Positions 37,601 to 46,600 of a DNA stretch of 50,021 nt are shown in pieces (positions within the stretch are counted from its first letter, which is position 1; each line of letters opens with the position of its first letter). A program made the position numbers and the translations under genes. Where the stretch lies: the NCBI GenBank assembly GCA_002633005.1, contig NMRA01000995.1:25971-75991 (forward strand), written 5' to 3'. The DNA is from Phoronis australis. Its lineage: Eukaryota; Animalia; Phoronida. The notes below the pieces were generated by a model. That model had not been told where the DNA came from and did not search any database. It was given only the letters and a program-made list of their open reading frames with translations.

Positions 37601-40600
37601 ATTGATGTAGTTAATGGAAGTCGGGGAAGGTGGGAAGGGCCTTTGACCCAAGTACAAAATTTATGTTCTTGCATGTTTATAAAGCACAGAAAAGTTTGGG
37701 TTTAAGCATATAAGCATTAAAAGGTCAGAGTAACTCACCCATGCGAGACACTTCACATATCAACGACCAAGCCTTGATAGCATTTGGGTCATGACCCTGC
37801 AGACTGACCACTTCACTATACGCTCTCTTCTTAAACTCTTCGTCTTCATCAAAACGTACTTTTGACTCCTTCAACGCACAAATTTATGACACAAAAGATA
37901 AATTCAAATCCGATTCGGTAAAATTATTCCGTCAATAAAAACTGAAATTATAGAAAAATTAAATCAAGATTAAATTTGGCTCGCTAGCAAAAAGAATCAA
38001 AAAAGTTAAGTTTTCAAAATAAACCATTACAATATTGTAGTAACAATAAACTTCAGAAGAACTCTGTCAAATTAAGCCAAACATTGGACAGGTGCACTGA
38101 ATGCCAAAATTGTTTTGACAATGAGGAAAAGTTTTGTCATCATGATAAAAGAGCACAGTTGTCAAACTTAAGTTAGAGATTAATTTGACATTATTAAGTC
38201 AAGCCATTGTCCTTTAGTCAAAATAAGCACTTTAATAAGGAAAATTCCACTTCAAAAGACAAGCACAATTAGGTGTATAAAAAGTTTTCAATAAAATTTT
38301 ACCAGTATCAAAATAATTCTTATAGCAATAAAATGAATATTTCTAACCACACTTTCCAATCATCAGTCATGAGATTACGGTTGTGTTAAAAAGGGACAAG
38401 TTGAAATAAAAACTGTAACCTGATAAAAAAATACCAAAAGGTCAATCTGGAGCAAACGAAACAAGATGGTAATTAGAGCCTCATTGGTGATCAAATTTGT
38501 GTAAGGCTGCTTTGCAAAATCAAAATCATGGGATAATATCTCTATGATCGAGAAGTTATTATGTAACATCTTGCTTAAAACGAACACATTGAAAAAAAAT
38601 ATTTCTCACAAGCACTCACCTTATAGAAGGCTTGTAGGTTGCCAATAGGTGGCGACACAGTCAAGTAGTCAGGAAACTTGTCCTTGAGGTGAGCAATGAG
38701 CATACCGAACTGCGTGCCCCAGTCACCCACATGGTTGACGCGTAGAACATTGTGTCCAAGGAACTCACAAAGATTACTGATACTGTCACCAATAATGGTG
38801 GACCTGAATAATAGAATAGCACCCTCTCTGCTTTCACACAAAACTAAAGATAGTTGACGTCAAAATCGTCAAAACTTTCTATTTTTCAATTAAGGCTATT
38901 ACACCAAAAAATGAAAACAACCAAATGTTACTTTGTGATTTCATGCAGCGTACGTCCTGGGCGTCCATTTGGACGCCCTGGCACTAATGTAGAGGCCCTG
39001 GCAAGGACACCCAATGTATCATTTGGACGCCCTGTCAATCAGAATTTCTCCAGTTTGGACACCCACATTGAAAGATTACTAAGACTCCCAGTTAATCAAA
39101 GCGGGAAGTTGTCCCTTTCAACTCAGAAAGAAATATACAAAGTATTTAAAATGTTGCAATATTCAAACTATTTGGTAGACCTGTCAATCATTAGCACGTG
39201 GTTGGTTGCCAGAGTGTCTGCTTTCAATAGATTCACATGCCACTGCCATTCTGTACTTTATATAGGGACATGGACCTTGCTTAACTCCAAACTGGTGTTT
39301 CAGAGCTGTAATTTCATGTACTTNCCGCTTTTTGAAATCTGTCTCGTCGTAAAATTCAAAATAGTTTACTCTCGCTCTGAAATTGCGTCGGCGACGCACG
39401 CCGCGACGTCTTTCACCTGCTCGATAGAGCACATGTATATCTCGCAAGTCTGAGTCAGCCATCTTTAAAAGTGTTAAACCTGGGTATGACCAAGTCTAAA
39501 GTTAATCCTGGTTTATGATCTTAATACAGGTCTAAGTAATATATACCTCGTTGGTGAAATGAAAACTGACTTAGACCAGGTCTAAACTGGAGTTAAACCA
39601 GGTTTTACAAGACCACTGGTCTAAAAGTTAAACCACCTTTATGAAATGCAGATTATCTTTAAACCTGGTCTAAGCCCAGTTTAAACCAGGTTTAACTTTA
39701 AACCACCTTTATGAAATCGGCTGCCTATGTTCGAAATCCTAGATGAAGCCCTGCGTCTCCACTGCACAAAACAAGCTAACAAGAGATTAAAAGATAAAGT
39801 TTACTTTGGCAGAGAAATTTAAATTCACAAACAATATTTTGTTTGCCTACCACATTGTGTGCTAACTAAGTGTTCAAACAATAACCAGACACCTTCAGCC
39901 TATTGTGCATCTGTGTGTTAACACTTGCTGTACCGACACACCATGAACATAATATAGACTACAGATACTGACAGTGCATATCCAAAAGCAATCAAACAAA
40001 ATACCATTTCGCAATTATTGCAGTTAATCCCATTTACACTAATGACAGGGAACTCCAATATGCTGTCAATACAAAAACACCCACCATGCTAACTTTCCAG
40101 TACACTCCTTGTCATTTCTGGGCCTAGGGTCTACTCTGACTCCGTACTCAAAATCAAATTCAAAGTTATTTTTGTCATTTTATGTCTTACTTTTGCGCAA
40201 ATTCAAGAAGTGTTTATTATTCTGTGCTCAAGTATGTTATGACTTTTGAAAACAAGTGTGACTTCACACTTGATGATTCCTGGATTTGAGCCACAAACTC
40301 ATGTAAAAATCTCTAGATTTCTACTAAAAACTCAAAATTTTGAAGTTCAGACACAAATTTATATCATTAATGCTGGCATCAACAAGTGCAGGCCAAGATT
40401 ATACAGTCACCCGTGTAAACCATAGTGTACTCGAGCACAGAATAATAATTTTATCTTGATTTGCATAATGGTACAATGGAAAATGTTAAAAATAATTTTG
40501 AGTTCGATTCCCAGTACAAAGATTAGACCTGAGGCCCAGGTTATGGTGATCAGTTCTACTTGTGGCCAGCCATCTAAACCACAGAGAATCACAGATCATT

Positions 40601-43600
40601 TTGTCCCAATACTGTTGGCATGCACTCAGAACGCATCTTTTCTCCAGAGACAATTTCACAAATTCTTAAACATCTCATCAACATTAGAGGTAACTGACAA
40701 CCATCGTGGATATTTTTTTTGAAAATTCAATACATTCTTAAAATTATTGTTTAAAATTGTATCCCATATTTTCAATTGCTACCCCACCAAAACACAATAT
40801 ATTTAAATGTATCATTTATGAGCTGAACATGGGATTGGTTTGAAACGATTTCAACTGATATCAGTTCTGCCTTATTCAAGTGTTCTGATTTTTGACACTT
40901 ATAGCAGTTTGAACATGGATTTCTCTCTTGTTGATGGTTTTGAAGTCAAATTTACACACTTAAAGTAAAAATGTCTAAAAGTTAATTATTTTCCGCACAA
41001 ATATTAAGCGTAAAAAATGAAGACTTTAGACACAATGTTGATTTTTAATACCTCAGCTACAGCAAAAAAGCAACTGTAGAATTGTACGTAAACAAAATCT
41101 AATCAAACTGAAAAAACAAGACCAACAAAATGCTCAGAAACAAACCTCAGATGGCCAACATGCATTTCCTTAGCAACATTCGGTGATGAAAAGTCAATGA
41201 CGACACGCCTCTTCCTCTCCACACGAGGGGGCTGAACTCCGTACTTGAGAACCTCGAGAACAACACGTCCGACAGAGTCTTTTCGAAGGTGCACGTTGAT
41301 GAAACCGGGCCCAGCAATATCCACCTGGGCACGAGGAATTTTGATAATTCTAGTTTACAACCACAAGTGCAGGAAAACAATCAGCACAATTGGCTACCCA
41401 AACAACATGGCTGCCACACTCATATCCTCACTAGTCTATCAAATACGGCTCATGGGCCCAAAAAACTGATTCACTAGCTCACATCCCGGTATTGTGACTC
41501 GCGAAACAAGGCATGTGTACCTAAGAAACAGGTAGCTCACTGACTCACCAACTCATGCCCAGGGTAACGAGCACAGTGCACCGACTACAGCTCCATGTAC
41601 CCTGTTGGTTTGTGTAGTCAAGTCAGGAGCTGTGTAATTGGGGTAAGTGGTGTTTTGTGAGCCTGACATCGAGTTTGCAAGACAGTGAGCCATGTTTGAG
41701 AGTCAGCTAACTGAGTTTATTGGGCTCATGGGCAGTGTTTATCAATGAAATACTATTAGTGTGGCAGCCATGATGTTGAGGCACAGCAATCATGGGACAT
41801 TTGTCAAAAATTTGGAGGTTGTCGTTTTCTCAAAGCAGTTGGCAATTTCATGAATGTCTTACAACAAGCACTCAGTTGAAAATGAGACAGCTACAATGCA
41901 CTGAAAGTGTCGCGAGGGGGCACACAAGAAGTAGTTTGATCCACTCAAAAAGTAGTGCTTGCTACTATATGAACACAATTTCATGTCTTTGACATTTCAT
42001 GAGGATCCCTCAATTGGTTTGGAAGAAAGAGAAGCTGAAGACAGGCAGTAGCTTGAACCCACTTGTTTATGTTGATGTAAGAACAGACATGCTTAAAAGT
42101 TTGAATGTGCAACTTTTACTGTTGCACACCTGATAAACTACATATCACCTGATTAAATACTCTGGTCCATATTGACTAAATTCATACTAATGTAAATATT
42201 AGATATCAGAACCTGACCACATCTTCACAAGTATACAACACAATGATATAAACAATACAATGTGGCCAATTATTCATACATGCATGCCAAAAACATACCT
42301 TTTCAATCAGAGCGTTTTGTGGAATATTGCTGACAATATGCTGCGCTATGTCTCTTGGTGAAGCTTTCTCTCCCTTAGCTTTCAGCAGCTGCAAAAACAC
42401 CAAATTCATCTCTAGCTTAATCTCATGATTATGAAGAACCTGATCAAACACATATAACCAATTATCAAGAAAACTAGAAATTAATTAACACTAAAAAAGT
42501 ATAATTTCTGAAAGCAGAAAGCCTGGTGACTTTTGATTTTTTATTATTAACAATTTGTCATGAAGTGTGTCACGTGACCATGTCTTTTTAGTAAAATTTA
42601 GAGAAACTGGAACATTTTTTATAGCAAAACTACTCCATCAACAACATGGTCTAATTTCATTTCATAAATTTCAACGTGAAATCTCAAAAAGTTGTTACCG
42701 TTTTTATACTGTCATTTAGTTTTTGATATATTCAACTTTTTATATTTTAAGTGGCTTATTTTCATGGTAGCGCAGAAGGCATAGTATGCAAAACTTTCAT
42801 ACAAATTCGATCAGTCATTTCTGAGGGTCCTAACACAACCTTTAACTTATATTAGTCATAACACCATAACGCACTTTGGTAACTTTATATTATTTTTCCT
42901 TTAATCTGAAGTCACAAAATGCAAATCATAGAAGGATAGGAAATGGAAGATCAAATCAAGACCTTAATAATAAAATTGTGCACGTTACACACAGTGGAAT
43001 AACAGCTACTGCCTGCTGGTGAACAAACTCTACTATATACGCACTAGGCAGTGTAGTTTTCAGCAACTTACAACAGAGTCAATGTTTGATTCTAACATCA
43101 ACTTTAAACCTGTTCATCGAAGTCACATCAACACACTGGTTTTATCAGATATGACCAAAATGAATCATACAGAACTAGAATATCATTGCCAGCGAGGGCA
43201 ATAATTACTCTGCACATAAATTGTGATAGAGATCCATAAAAGTAAATTGTAAGAATAGGTTACATAGTTGACTTTCACCGTTTTTGATTTAGGCTACATG
43301 ATGTTTGTATTTTTATTGCAGTATTTTTTGTAATTGACATAGCAGTATAATATTTAGGGCTTGGAATGACCAATGACAAAAAGAGGAAAATTTCCAGGTG
43401 ATGTGTCATTCCACAAATAAATAGGCTTGTGTGATAGAATTTTTTTTGGGGTTGTAAAATTTAACTGAATTAAACTTTTTTTGCATGCATCAAGTCAAAA
43501 TAATGATAAAAAAGAGGAGAAAAAAGAGGAAACTCGAAACCAAATAAGGGAAAGTTGAAACCAAAAAAGTGGAAATCCTATTAAAAGAGGAAAATTCCAA

Positions 43601-46600
43601 GCCCTGAGTATTACCATCCGCATGGCCAAAATCAGAATACAAGAGAAGAATTGCTATGTTCTGTGATCCTGTCTTGATCATTTTCAGGACGTTGATTCGT
43701 GAAAAAATAAATGTCATTATCATGCTATGAATGTTGTTTTTTCTTCCACTCAAGCTTTCACAATTTCAATTTGGCTCATGAAACACTCTGATCTTCAACT
43801 TCAGTCCCACAATTGTTTCATACGCATTATTTTACTAGAATCTCGGATGCCCCAAATTTGGGAATATTTGCCTCATGACTTTCAAAAAATAGTTCAATAT
43901 CAAGTAAAATTACCCACATCAGATCATGAAATTTCTCTCTTCTTAAAGAAAAATTACTCAAGCAGAGAGAGAGAGAGCTAAATCTTGTAACAGTACAGTC
44001 AAATATTAGCTAACTTAAAGTCAGATTTTGCAGTCATTAGATTATCATTTAAAGGCGCTTAAAAATATGTTCTAAAAGTTACAAAACCTTTTATCATAAG
44101 CATATCTACTCTTCCTAATATTTTGCTTTGAACTGAAATTGGTTATATCAAAATGTGTGGAATTCCCAAGGTGGCTACACTGTATCCACATCTGAAACTA
44201 TCCTGCCATGACAACCAATAATGACGAGTTTGGTCTGAAGCAATAACGGCCTGTCAGTTCTTCACATTACAGGTTGAGGCAGATTTCATAGAATCAAAAG
44301 TTGTCTTTTGAAGGAAGGCGCAGATTTGTTTCACCTTACAGTACCTACTTGAACAATAGCCATGCTGCTGTTGCACTGGTAGTCGCCAAAACTGGCTTTG
44401 GTGCTCGGAGTTACCATCACTGGGGCGTTGTTAAGCTGGGGATATGCTGCTCTGATGGCACAGCTGAAGATCTCTGTGACAACCGAGTTGAAGCTGACCA
44501 TGTTCTCGCCCTGGCGATTTGTCTCCATGGCAATGTTCTGTGGATGAAAAAGACATGATACGAGATGTTACGTAAGCATGTCAATTTACAGGGCTGGTAA
44601 AGTTAAAGTTCCAAATAACCCAATGAACTGAGTGCAAATGATTGCTTCTGCAGCTACAACAATAATATTTGACTATTTTTTAACCACTCACAATACTTTT
44701 TTTAAAGAAAGCTGACAGTTTCCCGGCCAACCATTGTTCACCCTTAATCATAATGAGAAACTGGACATATAACATGGTGTCTGGACAGTGCCAGACATGA
44801 ACATACCTGTTGTAGGTGCTTCATCTGGTATTTAAGTTTGGCGTTCTCAGTCCTTAGCTTCTCCAATTCAGGACTGACTGCATCAGATGACGACACAGGC
44901 TTGCCCTTTTTGACAACCTCAATCTCTCGCTCAAGAGCTTCGATCTCGGCCTCCTAGAAATGGAAGATATGGCGAGGTTTAAAACTGTGTAAAGCAAGTA
45001 TGCCACTCTCAATGCTAAACAATGCTCAACAGCATTTGGTAGTCTGATTCAAGTGATAAGATAATGTGGATCTCGAGATTGTTAAAAACTCAGTGCTGTA
45101 CACATGAAATACACGATTTAGCATTTGCACATGAGTGCAGTACACTTCAAACCAGGTCATACAGGGTTGATAAAAACTGTGTCACTGATTTGTGTCATGC
45201 ACAATATTTGGAGACTCTTTGTCGAGGCTTGTAAGACTCCTTTCCATTGGAAATTTCCTTCGTCAACAGGCGTGATTTCACATAACTTCCTCAAAATGGA
45301 AACCAGTGACAAAAGCTCAAGCGAACCAGAATTTCATGGAGATGTTCAATTTGTGTTGACTAAATTGTCTCCAGAGTCATGGTGTGTGTTAAGTTTAATT
45401 CCATTGGTATACATGTTCCATTCAATTTCGCTATAATATTGTGAGATGAATGCCTTTTATGGGGTGTACTATCGCTCCTGTATGCCTGCGGCATTCAGGG
45501 TGATGTAATTACCTAAAGTATGTTTCACTCAGTGCCAAGGGGCTACGTGTTGCGTATGCATAAATATGCATGGGTCATTCAGTGTTATTCACTGTATTTT
45601 AAAACGAGTGACTTTTTAAGGGGTACATCATCACATGTGGACGCCACAGTAATTACTTAGTAGAGAAACAAAAAGGTTCACTGAAATCCGATGAAAGTTT
45701 AGAGTCCTCAGGGCTCAACATTAACTTTTTAAGCCACTTGCCCGAAGGGCAAGTAGTTGAAATTTTTACTTGCCCGAACAACGAAGTCACTTGCCCCAAG
45801 TACAATCCCAAATAGCACCGTGCATGTGCACACCTAGGTAATGTGTTACGGTAGGGCTGCCTGTGCTGAGCCTCCACTTGTGTTGTGCACGCTATATACA
45901 CGAGTTGCTATTTTCTTAACGATTCTTCTTATAGAACATTTATTTATAAGGTGTGTCAAAACACTAGAGAGACAAATTGAAAGAGTAACTCAGGTATCTG
46001 AACCATTGTCACACGTTCACAGGCGCCGAAATGAGCTAGGGCATGAACTCTAGACACTTCTGTGTATTCATTAGTTTATACGCCCTCATGCATTAAATTT
46101 GAATTGTTGCTAACCTGAATTTCGTGCTATCCGTAAAAATCTTGCAGTTTTGGTCATCGGTACCTTGTATTAAATTAAAATCAAATTTTAACATATAGTA
46201 ATGCCACATATACTTTTATTTTCAATAAATAATTACATTTTTGAAAAATAGATAGACTGCGAAAAAGTCACCCTTCAGACTTCAGAGCGGCAATCCCGAA
46301 GACCGTATTCCTCTTCTTTCGGGAGTCGCCACCGGGAGCCGGGAATTCATAAGAATGTCCTTTGGAATTCCCCCTGAATAAATACCAGGCCTTTTAAACT
46401 GCTGTGTAGTGTAGAAAATATGTCATCAATCACTCATTTTTTAGCTTTTGTGCTTATCTGTATGACTTAATCCGCTGACGAACGCGGTGCTTCCAACCGT
46501 ACATGGGTAAACGCCGGCAAAAATCAAACGCCATCCCTTGTTCACTGTCTCGCAGGCCAGAAAACCTAATTCACCATGACGGAACCCATCCCCGCACTCT

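Noticed and set aside
38854-39453. 199-aa + strand ORF
   Set aside because: Crosses an N join and fuses unrelated repeat fragments; TTG start and no recognisable domain.
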